A DNA stretch of 64,000 bases from a virus. Positions 49,714 to 59,526 of this stretch are shown here, in pieces (the first letter of the stretch is position 1; every line of letters starts with the position of its first letter). The notes under the pieces are model-generated. The model was not told where the DNA came from, made no database searches, and saw nothing but the letters and a program-made list of their open reading frames with translations. A program made the position numbers and the translations under genes. The stretch spans positions 80,665-144,664 of IMG/VR virus record IMGVR_UViG_3300022689_000130; one strand, 5' to 3'.

Positions 49714-50408
49714 ACCGCGTCAATCTTATCAGCAATTCGAGAAATGGTTCAAGCTATTTGTATTCGGTTATTACCGCCTATCATTCCTATGACTTGAAAA
49801 TATCTGAACCATTTGGAGATAATAGATTTGAGGATTCAGGCATAAAAGATCAAAAATGTTTCCTACACAACCAAGTCGAAAAGATAAAAAATTCACAGCT
49901 AACCATATTAAAAAATCATACATATCATCTTGATTTAATTTTTGATCATGGTTTCTGGGATTATTTCGGCGTCAATTCTTTTTACAACATCGTTTTGTAT
50001 CGTAAGAATATCTTTGAATCCTCATTGAGTTTAGCATTAGCTCTTGAGACAGGCATGTGGTCATCTTATAAGAATTACCCACAATCAATAACTGTAAATG
50101 AGGACATATTTAAGACTTGCATAGCGCAGCAATACAACGGCTTGCTTTGGTTCTTGCATAACAGTAAACAGATTCGATTCGATTGCGTCATGTCATATGA
50201 AGAACTTTGTTATTCGCCATTGGATGATTACAATCGATTAAAAATAGGCCAAGCAACCGTAGAATCAGATTCGAAACAACAAAAAGCACCAAGTAAATCA
50301 AGTGTTGTGAATAATTATGAAACTCTACGATCTATATGCTATGATGAGTGTGATAAACGTAATAATCTCACGTTTGAAAATTTTTTGTTACAGGACGTTA
50401 TATCATGA
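49710..50408 (+). CDS. Sulfotransferase-like protein 2
   Basis: SRNGSSYL, SEPF, RKNIFESSLS, YEEL; paralog of 44595-45329. Confidence 0.72.
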   Translation: MNRVNLISNSRNGSSYLYSVITAYHSYDLKISEPFGDNRFEDSGIKDQKCFLHNQVEKIKNSQLTILKNHTYHLDLIFDHGFWDYFGVNSFYNIVLYRKNIFESSLSLALALETGMWSSYKNYPQSITVNEDIFKTCIAQQYNGLLWFLHNSKQIRFDCVMSYEELCYSPLDDYNRLKIGQATVESDSKQQKAPSKSSVVNNYETLRSICYDECDKRNNLTFENFLLQDVIS

Positions 50409-50632
50409 GGACATTAGAAAATTTAAACCTAAGAGAATTGCAGATTTTGAGTGCTAGAGTATTAGCGGTAATTGAAGCAACCAATAACACGTTATGGAAA
50501 TTCAATAAGCAAGCATTTCATGACAGTCAAAATTGGTATAGAACTGTGATACAATGGTATATTGATGAATATGGCGGCTGGCCAGACGAAGTCGGCCCAG
50601 GAAAAAACGTCGAGTTGTTATACGATGAATAA
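50405..50632 (+). CDS. Hypothetical protein (75 aa)
   Basis: ATGA-coupled to the upstream gene. Confidence 0.65.
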   Translation: MRTLENLNLRELQILSARVLAVIEATNNTLWKFNKQAFHDSQNWYRTVIQWYIDEYGGWPDEVGPGKNVELLYDE

Positions 50633-51308
50633 AATTGTTTGCGTAGGGTGCAGTTGGACAGACCAGCTTGATAAGAACAGGCACAAGTCAACGTATCCAT
50701 ACATAATAAAGCAGCGTCACCCAGACTGGACAGTTTATAATCTAGGTGTAAAAGGTGCAAACAATTTCTTCATCAATATGATGTTAGAGACGGCTATTAG
50801 AGAACTCTTGCCAGATTTTGTTATCAGGCAAGTTACCGGTTGGAATCGGTGGATGTGGTTTGATGATAATTATAAGTGCGAATTAAACTTTACCGAAGTA
50901 GAAGAAGGATATTTTCAAAGTGACCATGACAAATATGTCGAAGATTTGGTATTATGGACTGCTAGTGGTTTATCTCATCCGTTTGATAATCAACTTACTC
51001 GCCAAGAACTTTTACGCCGCGACAGACTCCGCCTTGAGCATTATTCAACTATGCCGCCTAATTTTGCGCTCGAATTAGAAGATTCGGCGTTATATAAAAC
51101 AAGGGCATTGCTTGAAGACATACCACATCTAATTCTTTTTTGGAGAGATAATACACACAAATTGTCTGGATATGATCTTTGGAAAACATATCCATGTATA
51201 GAACGTGATATTGGATTTGACTTAGTTATTGACGCCGGTGACCATTTTGATTCACGAGGAAATACCTTATTGGTAGAACAAATTATTGATTATGGGAGAA
51301 ATTTATGA
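50625..51308 (+). CDS. SGNH-like protein 2
   Basis: VGCSWT, NLGVKGANN, D..DH....GN; probable start ATG 50625. Confidence 0.65.
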   Translation: MNKIVCVGCSWTDQLDKNRHKSTYPYIIKQRHPDWTVYNLGVKGANNFFINMMLETAIRELLPDFVIRQVTGWNRWMWFDDNYKCELNFTEVEEGYFQSDHDKYVEDLVLWTASGLSHPFDNQLTRQELLRRDRLRLEHYSTMPPNFALELEDSALYKTRALLEDIPHLILFWRDNTHKLSGYDLWKTYPCIERDIGFDLVIDAGDHFDSRGNTLLVEQIIDYGRNL

Positions 51309-52102
51309 GTTTTGAAAAAAGAAAAATTATCTGTGATAATTTTTATCATAACCTTAAAAAAATACCATATGATTATAAAAAAGGGCAAGATAATAAAGTG
51401 TCTTATTGGGGTCATGATGAATTTCATTTGTATCAAAAAGCTAAAGCTAATAATGTGATTGGTAATGAATATGATGATTATGAGACCCGGCCAATAGTTT
51501 ATAATCAAAATAAATTTGGATTTCGTAGTGAAATTTGTGATCCAACGGACTTGCATGAATATGGGATAGCTGTTGGGTCAAGCAATACGTGGGGGTCTGG
51601 GATTCATTTAGAAGATAGATTCGATACATTAATTCAAAAAGAAATAGCAATTAATATTATTAATATTGGATGGCCTGGGGGGTCTATTGATTATGTAAGT
51701 GATCAAATTACACATATTATTTTAAACAATAAAAATAAACCAAAATTCTTTATAATTGAATGGCCTCCTTTGACGCGACGAACCATGTGGGGGTTAAATG
51801 CGTTTATGTCTATAACACCACATAGTATTAAAATTCAAAAAGAAATTTTTGAAAATATTCTTGACGAAGGCATTGAATATTTTTATGGTGAGGCAATTAA
51901 ATCAAGATTTATAACGCAAAAATTATTAGACCATTTTAATATTCCTTATTATGAATGGTCTATAACACCTGACTCGTCTTCAGTATTTGATATAGAAATG
52001 CAAGAATATATCGATTATGCGCGAGATGGTATACACCCAGGACCTAAAACTAATTTAGAAATTAAAAATAAATTTATTGATTTTTATAATAAAAATGTAT
52101 AG
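51305..52102 (+). CDS. SGNH-like protein 3 (very AT-rich)
   Basis: NKFGFRS, VGSSNTWG, NIGWPGGS, RDGIHPG (DxxH). Confidence 0.72.
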   Translation: MSFEKRKIICDNFYHNLKKIPYDYKKGQDNKVSYWGHDEFHLYQKAKANNVIGNEYDDYETRPIVYNQNKFGFRSEICDPTDLHEYGIAVGSSNTWGSGIHLEDRFDTLIQKEIAINIINIGWPGGSIDYVSDQITHIILNNKNKPKFFIIEWPPLTRRTMWGLNAFMSITPHSIKIQKEIFENILDEGIEYFYGEAIKSRFITQKLLDHFNIPYYEWSITPDSSSVFDIEMQEYIDYARDGIHPGPKTNLEIKNKFIDFYNKNV

Positions 52103-53177
52103 CTACGATAAAATAAAAACAGTTCACCTTGAGATCACGCAACGCTGTCAGGCAGCTTGCCCAATGTGTGACCGTAACGAAAATGGTGGACGTGATAACC
52201 GTCATATTACCAATGCTGAATTGTCTATCGCTGACTGTCAAAAAATATTTGAGCCAGAATTCATTCGACAGCTTAACACCATGTATATGTGCGGCAATTT
52301 GGGCGATCCAATCGTGGCTCGTGATACACTAGAGGTATTCCGTTACTTTCGCAAGCATAACGATCGCATGTGGTTGAGTATGAATACAAATGCGGGGGCA
52401 AAGGATGTCAAGTGGTGGCAGGAATTAGCTCAGGTTTACGGAAATATGGGTGCAGTCATTTTTAGCGTTGATGGGCTGGCCGATACTAACCACCTTTATC
52501 GTCAAAATGTCGTTTGGGAGAATGTCGAGCGAAACATGAGAGCATTTATTGCAGCAGGCGGACGAGCACGTTGGGACTTTATTGTGTTTGGACACAACGA
52601 GCACCAAGTAGACGAGGCGCGTGAGCTAGCAGAGTCGTGGGGTGTAGAGCGTTTTCAACTAAAGAAGAGCGCCCGCTTCTTTTCAGCCAATAGTAAGCTC
52701 AAAGACCAGCACCAAGCACAGAACCGCAAAGGACAAGAGACGCAATTGATTGAAAAGCCCAAGCGCAAAGAAAATCAAAACCTTGCACTGCTAAAGACTC
52801 GAGAGATTGAAAAGACCTACGGCAGCATGAAGGACTATTACGACCGCTGTGGTATTCAGTGCAAGGTGGCCAAGGAGCGGAACATCTTCATCACAGCAGA
52901 AGGACTCTTGATGCCATGCTGTTGGACCGCAGGCCGCATGTATAAGTGGTGGCACAAGGATTATCGCGTTGAGCAGATATGGGATTTTATCGATCGTGCT
53001 GGTGGAAAACAAGGCATAAGCGTGATCGAAAACAGTTTGCGTGATGTTATGGATGGCCCGCTGCTCAAAGACATTGAAGCTAGCTGGACCCTTTCAAGTC
53101 TTGAGGCTGGCAAGCTTGGCGTCTGTGCTATGAAATGCGGGGATGAATTTGATCCATTTGCGGAGCAATTTAAATGA
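52095..53177 (+). CDS. Radical SAM protein 7 (C-terminal twitch/SPASM-like domain)
   Basis: CQAACPMC, GNLGDP, MPCC; paralog of protein 2; probable start ATG 52095. Confidence 0.92.
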   Translation: MYSYDKIKTVHLEITQRCQAACPMCDRNENGGRDNRHITNAELSIADCQKIFEPEFIRQLNTMYMCGNLGDPIVARDTLEVFRYFRKHNDRMWLSMNTNAGAKDVKWWQELAQVYGNMGAVIFSVDGLADTNHLYRQNVVWENVERNMRAFIAAGGRARWDFIVFGHNEHQVDEARELAESWGVERFQLKKSARFFSANSKLKDQHQAQNRKGQETQLIEKPKRKENQNLALLKTREIEKTYGSMKDYYDRCGIQCKVAKERNIFITAEGLLMPCCWTAGRMYKWWHKDYRVEQIWDFIDRAGGKQGISVIENSLRDVMDGPLLKDIEASWTLSSLEAGKLGVCAMKCGDEFDPFAEQFK

Positions 53178-53725
53178 TACTTAACCTTGAGAAAATATCT
53201 CATCACAAAAAACCATTTGAGTTTATCACTTTATATGACGTTGTTACACCAGACATGTTTGAACGTTTGTGTAGCGAAGCACAGCGACATCCATATTTTC
53301 GAGTAGAACAAACCAGAACAAGCAACCCCAATCGTGTGTGGCTTAACCAAACACCAGGCTGGCTCAGCGCACTAGCATATGAGTTTGACCGTCGTGACGT
53401 CAAGAGTGCGCTAGGATTTAACTTGGGTGGTAGCTTTGTTGATCTCAGAACACGAGTTGAATTGTGTATGGACAGTGTAGGCAGTTGGCTTAACCCTCAC
53501 AAAGATGATGCTGCAAAAGAAATGACATTGCAGCTTTATCTGGATGGACAAGGACGCGGCACGTCAATGGGCAATATTGACACCCAAATTATGCCAAACA
53601 CAGCATGGGCGTTTAACAACACAAATCAACCCGTGCATAGTTTACATCCACTTAAATATAACCGTGCAAGTATTATCGTCAACTATGTTAATGATCAATG
53701 GAGAGACTCATCAGTTCTAGTGTAA
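53174..53725 (+). CDS. 2OG-Fe(II) oxygenase
   Basis: HxD (PHKD), distal H (VHS), RxS (RAS). Confidence 0.75.
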   Translation: MILNLEKISHHKKPFEFITLYDVVTPDMFERLCSEAQRHPYFRVEQTRTSNPNRVWLNQTPGWLSALAYEFDRRDVKSALGFNLGGSFVDLRTRVELCMDSVGSWLNPHKDDAAKEMTLQLYLDGQGRGTSMGNIDTQIMPNTAWAFNNTNQPVHSLHPLKYNRASIIVNYVNDQWRDSSVLV

Positions 53726-54687
53726 AATCGTTGTATTTCAAACAACGAAACATGTATATTGATTGGCAACTTAGCGATGTCTGTAATTTTCATTGCAGCT
53801 ATTGCAATTTTGCGAGTATGGGCGGCGTTGAAGGTTGGCCTACGTATGAGCAAGCAACAAAATTAATAGACCAAATCCTCAGTCATTCCAAGCACGAGTA
53901 TCGTACCTATAATTTATTGGGCGGCGAACCAACATTATGGAAACATTTTAGTGATCTTTGCACCTACATAAAACATAACGACAAAAATAGTGTTATACAA
54001 GTGCTAACTAATGGTAGCAGAACCATACGTTGGTGGGATCAGTATGCAGCTTATATGGACAAGGTAGTTATAAGTCATCATTCGCATACAGCGAAACCAG
54101 ATCATACTGTAGCAGTAATTGCAGCTTGTCAACCATACAATTCAGTCAGTGTTCAGCTATTGATGGATTATTACAATTTTGATAATTGTTTAGATCATTT
54201 TTATTATATACTTGACCGCGCGCCTGGCATCAGCGTGACCGTTAAAAAAGCCGAGACAGAATTAGGAAGTGGACAATGGCAGCCATATACTGATCAACAG
54301 CTAGCAGCTCTTGAAAAAGCTCATCAAGATTCCAAGCTAAACAATGCCAAATCATCTAAAATCGATAGGCTACCACAATACAAAAAGAAATTCGATAGGG
54401 TATTGTATGGAAGTGATGGAAATGAAGAGTGGATTACAAGCAACAAAGATTTGATAATTTCCAAACAAAATTACTTCAAAGGATGGCGTTGTAACATAGG
54501 CATTGACATGTTGTGTGTCAAATCCAATGGCGATTTAAAACCAGCTAGTGCCTGTTTTAAAGATGAATTGCTAGGAAATTATCGAACCGAAACAGAGATA
54601 AGATGGCCGTCTGAATCTTATGTTTGCGACTATGATGCTTGTTTTTGTGGCGCCGATATTGAGGTTGAAAAACATGCACCGAAGTGA
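53698..54687 (+). CDS. Radical SAM protein 8 (C-terminal Cys domain)
   Basis: CNFHCSYC, LGGEPT, FKGWRCNIG..C..C.C..D. Confidence 0.92.
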   Translation: MERLISSSVKSLYFKQRNMYIDWQLSDVCNFHCSYCNFASMGGVEGWPTYEQATKLIDQILSHSKHEYRTYNLLGGEPTLWKHFSDLCTYIKHNDKNSVIQVLTNGSRTIRWWDQYAAYMDKVVISHHSHTAKPDHTVAVIAACQPYNSVSVQLLMDYYNFDNCLDHFYYILDRAPGISVTVKKAETELGSGQWQPYTDQQLAALEKAHQDSKLNNAKSSKIDRLPQYKKKFDRVLYGSDGNEEWITSNKDLIISKQNYFKGWRCNIGIDMLCVKSNGDLKPASACFKDELLGNYRTETEIRWPSESYVCDYDACFCGADIEVEKHAPK

Positions 54688-55867
54688 TACATTTTGCATA
54701 TTGCCCTGGATGCATGTTGCAACCTCGCCCGGGGGGTCTTATCGTGTATGCTGCAATTCTGATTCCAAAAACAATCAGCTTAAAATAAACGGCGAACAGC
54801 TAAAATTACATAAGCATTCACCTAGCCTGTTACATCATAGTGAAACCCTAAGGGAAATTCGTGAGCAAATGCTGGCTGGCGAACGTCCTGCAACATGCAA
54901 TCGTTGCTTTGCACAGGAAGATGCTGGAGTGCGTAGTAGCAGGCAGATCTATAACGATGTGTGGGATGATGGTGCGGAGCATGACTTGGATGATCCTGTA
55001 ACACCACGCTATCTCGATTTGCGGCTTGGTAACTTGTGCAACCTCAAATGCCGTATGTGCAATCCGTATTCAAGCAACCAGTGGGTTGAAGAATGGGAAC
55101 AGATACACGGCGAGTTTCCTGAAAACGAGCGCAAATGGTTGCAAGATATGGAATGGCCAAATTTTGCGGGCACTGACCGTCACCTGCGTGAAATGATGGA
55201 CACAGTGGAAGAGATTTACTTTACAGGTGGAGAACCCACAATTATCAAACGCCACGAACAGTTGCTTGACTACTGTATTGAAAATAAATTAGCTGGCAAT
55301 ATTCGATTGAAATACAATACCAATTTGACAAATACTCCAGTTAAATTAATTGATAAGTGGGCACACTTTAAATTCCTCAGACTGAATTGTTCAATTGATG
55401 GCGTGGGTGATTTGAATGATTATATTCGTTATCCTAGCAAATGGCGTGGCGTATGGAAAAATTATAATCAGGTTTTGAAACGAACATCTAACCGGGTGCT
55501 GGATATCCATACGACTGTTCAAGTCACTAATATTCTGCATCTGCACAAATTACTTGAGATGTTTGTCCGACCACGTGAAGAAGCAGGTGGTGTTGATGTG
55601 CCCTTTATTTTCTTTAATTTGCTCCAAAATCCAAATTACCTCAACATCAAGATTTTGCCTGAGCCCCTTAAACAACTGGCGCAAGAGAGACTTGAACCTT
55701 GGTTAGGCCATCCTGATTTGGAAACATTGCCTGGTGTGCTAGATTATATGTGGCACGAGGATTGGAGTGATTGCTGGTCAGAGTTTGTCGAGCACACACA
55801 TCAACTTGATGATATGCGCAGCCAAAACTTAATCTCTGTCGTGCCCGAGTTCGAAGGTTGGTTATGA
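54674..55867 (+). CDS. Radical SAM protein 9 (N-terminal Cys domain)
   Basis: CILPW..RVCC..CNRC, CNLKCRMC, TGGEP; probable start ATG 54674. Confidence 0.92.
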   Translation: MHRSDTFCILPWMHVATSPGGSYRVCCNSDSKNNQLKINGEQLKLHKHSPSLLHHSETLREIREQMLAGERPATCNRCFAQEDAGVRSSRQIYNDVWDDGAEHDLDDPVTPRYLDLRLGNLCNLKCRMCNPYSSNQWVEEWEQIHGEFPENERKWLQDMEWPNFAGTDRHLREMMDTVEEIYFTGGEPTIIKRHEQLLDYCIENKLAGNIRLKYNTNLTNTPVKLIDKWAHFKFLRLNCSIDGVGDLNDYIRYPSKWRGVWKNYNQVLKRTSNRVLDIHTTVQVTNILHLHKLLEMFVRPREEAGGVDVPFIFFNLLQNPNYLNIKILPEPLKQLAQERLEPWLGHPDLETLPGVLDYMWHEDWSDCWSEFVEHTHQLDDMRSQNLISVVPEFEGWL

Positions 55868-56790
55868 CGAATTTTTTAGACGATAGCAATTTGGATCGAA
55901 TTGATCCTGCTTTAGAGCAGATATTTGATCAATATTCCCTAACCTATTTTCCAAATTGGAAATTATCTGAGGTTCCTGTTCAGCGTTGTTCTGATGACAA
56001 ATATATATCAGATAACCAAGTCTTGGATTATTATCGAAACTTGCATTATGAGCTAATACGTTTTCGTGATTATCCAAATCGTGTAATCGAGGGCATGGTA
56101 GATTTTAGCTTTTGGCTTGTTACGAGCATGAGTCAAAAAGGCATACAATCGCCACTCAACATGTATCATTGGACAAATATTCATCCGGGGAAAAAGAGAT
56201 ACATCATATCAAACTATATTCAATTTGACGATATTCCTATTTTGGTTCAGCATAGGCCGAATGATGTTCAAAAAGATGGCGGAATCCCCGTCACGTCTGT
56301 TGATCAATTGATAGCACTTTATGGACACAATGTAAGCATTAAGCTGAGAAAGAAGTCTGATGAACTTCTTGTCGAATGTTCATGGCATGGAGAAACACAA
56401 AAACGTGATCGTAATGGTTATGACAATTGGTATAGGGCGGCAGCTGAAAGCGTATCTGAAGAAAACATTTTGTTGCCATACCTGCTTGAACATGGATTGA
56501 GAGTCAAAACTGATGTTAAAAGTTACAGCATAAATACCGGTGTGTTTAAAACACATGCATCTCGTGATTTAGAAGAGTCAGGGTTTTTCCTTTCAGTCCC
56601 AGCTTTGGATTATTTAAATTATGATTTATGGAAGCTTTATTTCCATTTTGATCCGCGTGTTGGAATTAAACGCTGCAAGACTACTGGTATTGAAATACAC
56701 AATGAATTTGGCGATCCAAATTGGGTTGTGGATAATTTAGACTTTAAACGAACATTAAATAGACCATGGTTGCATGATCCGGAGAAATAA
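55858..56790 (+). CDS. Hypothetical protein
   Basis: 310-aa ORF coupled to both neighbours; no confident motif. Confidence 0.65.
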   Translation: MVMTNFLDDSNLDRIDPALEQIFDQYSLTYFPNWKLSEVPVQRCSDDKYISDNQVLDYYRNLHYELIRFRDYPNRVIEGMVDFSFWLVTSMSQKGIQSPLNMYHWTNIHPGKKRYIISNYIQFDDIPILVQHRPNDVQKDGGIPVTSVDQLIALYGHNVSIKLRKKSDELLVECSWHGETQKRDRNGYDNWYRAAAESVSEENILLPYLLEHGLRVKTDVKSYSINTGVFKTHASRDLEESGFFLSVPALDYLNYDLWKLYFHFDPRVGIKRCKTTGIEIHNEFGDPNWVVDNLDFKRTLNRPWLHDPEK

Positions 56791-58211
56791 TGACTAAAAA
56801 AGCACCAAGCGAAACCTTTTGTATTCTTCCTTGGATTCATTTATCAACGAGGCCGTCTGGAGAAATGCGGGTGTGCTGCACTGCGAACGCTAGCAGCGTT
56901 GGACCCACAAACGATAAAGAGCACGGCGGGCAAGTTGGCGTCCTCAAAGATGAAATGGGGCGTCCAAACAATCTTAACGTGAGTGATTTCCAAACAGCGT
57001 GGAATTCAACTTACATGCGAAATGTTCGTAAGCAAATGCTCGCAGGTGAAAAACCGCCTAGCTGTCTCAAGTGCTATAAAGAAGAAGACGCCGGACATAA
57101 TTCAAAGCGTATGTGGGAAACACGATATTGGAGCGAACGCTTTGATATTGATCAACTGGTTGAAGAAACAAATGAGGATGGATCAATTCCGCCAAAACTT
57201 CGTTACATTGATTTGCGCTTTGGAACAAAGTGTCAACTGGCATGTGTGATGTGCTCACCGCACGATTCATCAGGATGGATCAAAGAGCACACTAAAATGT
57301 TTCCGCAAGTGCAAAATGAGTCTTTGAAGGAAACAATGCAATGGCGAGATAAGGGATCTATTAACGGTAGTTCATATAACTGGCACAAAAACAATCCAGT
57401 GTTTTGGAAGCAGTTTAACGAACAAATTCCAAACATGGCACAGCTTTATTTCGCAGGCGGCGAATCATTGATCATTGAGGAACACTATGAAATACTTGAA
57501 GAAGCAATTCGTTCAGGTCATGCAAAAGACTTGGAACTTCGTTACAACTCAAATGGAGTTGAATGGCGAGAGGATTTATTTGATCTATGGCGAGAATTTA
57601 GGTTGGTGCGTTTCCATTACTCTGTAGACGATATTGGTGCACGAAATGAATACGTGCGTTACCCAAGCAAGTGGGAACGTACCGAAGAAGTATTTCACAT
57701 CTTAGACAACGAAACAAGTGACAACGTAGAAATAACAATTGCTTGCGCAGTGCAAGCACTCAACATCTATTATATTCCTGACTTCATTAAGTGGAAGCTA
57801 ACACAAGGCTTTCGTAAAATCAACATGTGGCCGTTTGGCGCGGGCGGCATCAACTATCACTTTGTATATCACCCACCACACCTCAACGTTAAAAGCTTGC
57901 CTGCATGGTTCAAAGACGAAGTAGATCGCAAATATGAGGACTTTATTCCGTGGTGGGAAGAGAACTGGGAGCTCGGTATTCCTGAATGGCATCGTGGTAA
58001 AGTAACACAAGAACAGTGGCGTGAAGCGGGCTATGGGATCAAGCGTCTACGGGGTATGGTAAATTTCATGAAGAGTGAAGATTGGTCAGTGCGTATGCCA
58101 GAGTTTCAAGAATACATCAGGCTGATTGATCGAACACGCGGCTTGGATTTTGCCACTGTGTATCCAGAGATGAAAGATATTTTGAATGAACAGAACTTAA
58201 AGAATGTTTGA
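56790..58211 (+). CDS. Radical SAM protein 10 (N-terminal Cys domain)
   Basis: CILPW..RVCC..CLKC, CQLACVMC, AGGES. Confidence 0.92.
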   Translation: MTKKAPSETFCILPWIHLSTRPSGEMRVCCTANASSVGPTNDKEHGGQVGVLKDEMGRPNNLNVSDFQTAWNSTYMRNVRKQMLAGEKPPSCLKCYKEEDAGHNSKRMWETRYWSERFDIDQLVEETNEDGSIPPKLRYIDLRFGTKCQLACVMCSPHDSSGWIKEHTKMFPQVQNESLKETMQWRDKGSINGSSYNWHKNNPVFWKQFNEQIPNMAQLYFAGGESLIIEEHYEILEEAIRSGHAKDLELRYNSNGVEWREDLFDLWREFRLVRFHYSVDDIGARNEYVRYPSKWERTEEVFHILDNETSDNVEITIACAVQALNIYYIPDFIKWKLTQGFRKINMWPFGAGGINYHFVYHPPHLNVKSLPAWFKDEVDRKYEDFIPWWEENWELGIPEWHRGKVTQEQWREAGYGIKRLRGMVNFMKSEDWSVRMPEFQEYIRLIDRTRGLDFATVYPEMKDILNEQNLKNV

Positions 58212-59523
58212 ACAATTACACTGTCCAATGAGCTATGCAGTTTATAAATTCCAGCCGGAGATCGGCGACTTTTCTGCATGTTGTGATGCAACAAGCTATA
58301 AATTTGATGCCAAGTTGTTTGATGAATTAGGCGGCGATTATTTTGAGAAACACCCAAAACTAGTTGAACGAAAGCAAGCATTGTATGATAATATCAAACA
58401 TAGCGACTGCTCACAATGCTGGATAAAGGAAGAGCAAGGGCTCAATTCAATGAGAATGGAATTAGGACCCCACCAGCCTGAATTATTCAATAACAGAACA
58501 CTTGACATTAACTCTGCATACCCTAGTAGATTTGAATTGTGGATGAACTCTACTTGTAACTTAGGTTGCTTTATGTGCCACATAGGAAATTCAAATACGC
58601 TTCGAAAGATTTGGTATACAGACTTTGATTCATACGGTAACGACGGCAAAGGTTACGATGTGTATATCAATGAAAAGCAATATACAAGAGAGAATTATCA
58701 GCCTAAATATACAGAAGCAATGTTGAATTTTATTGTTAAACATATAAAGAATTTAGAGTCATATGCATTAAACATTGCGTATTTAGGAGGAGAACCAACG
58801 CTGCATCATGAAATGTATGAACATGCTGACCTATTCATTGAGGCAGGCCGAGAAGCAATTAAAGCAGGTAAAGAATTAAAAATTGAAATCACAACAAATG
58901 GCACCAGTAAAGATAAACTGAATGAGCGATTCTATCGCATGTATGAAAGGTATAAGCAAGCTGGGTGGTCCACACGTATTATGGTTAGCCAAGACGGTGC
59001 TAATGAATATGCACAAGTCAGACACGGAGCAGACTTTCAGCAAATTGCACAAAACTATGGTAATTGGTTAAAACCAGACTCGGTAGTCGATGAAGTTACT
59101 AGCTTTACAGTTGTGAGTGCAATCAATCTACCATATATTGATCAAATGGCAGACTATATCAATGACGCAGTTAGAAATAACTATAGAGGTAACAAAAAGA
59201 TAGCAATTCGTTTTAACACGCTTATTGACCCGAAATGGATGAGAGTTGAAAATTTACCCAGGCATTATGCCGAGTCTAGCATATCTCATGCAAGACGTGT
59301 ATTCACTGAATTACAAGAAGATTACCCTAATCTAAAATACAATTATTCATTGTTTGAAAATATCGCAGAAACTCTCAAAGAAACTATTCAACCAGACAAA
59401 GTAGAGAATTTTTTTGAACGCATAGATTACACTAACAGTATCTATCAAAAAACATACCCAGAATGGGACTTTTACAAGCAATTCCCATTTCTGACAGAAT
59501 ACAGAAAAGAATATGGTATTTAA
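58204..59523 (+). CDS. Radical SAM protein 11 (N-terminal Cys domain)
   Basis: C..ACC..CSQC, CNLGCFMC, LGGEPT. Confidence 0.9.
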   Translation: MFEQLHCPMSYAVYKFQPEIGDFSACCDATSYKFDAKLFDELGGDYFEKHPKLVERKQALYDNIKHSDCSQCWIKEEQGLNSMRMELGPHQPELFNNRTLDINSAYPSRFELWMNSTCNLGCFMCHIGNSNTLRKIWYTDFDSYGNDGKGYDVYINEKQYTRENYQPKYTEAMLNFIVKHIKNLESYALNIAYLGGEPTLHHEMYEHADLFIEAGREAIKAGKELKIEITTNGTSKDKLNERFYRMYERYKQAGWSTRIMVSQDGANEYAQVRHGADFQQIAQNYGNWLKPDSVVDEVTSFTVVSAINLPYIDQMADYINDAVRNNYRGNKKIAIRFNTLIDPKWMRVENLPRHYAESSISHARRVFTELQEDYPNLKYNYSLFENIAETLKETIQPDKVENFFERIDYTNSIYQKTYPEWDFYKQFPFLTEYRKEYGI

Positions 59524-59526
59524 CAA

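Noticed and set aside
55858-56790. ParB/sulfiredoxin-like fold suggested by HPGKKR
   Set aside because: A single short motif is not enough; left as hypothetical
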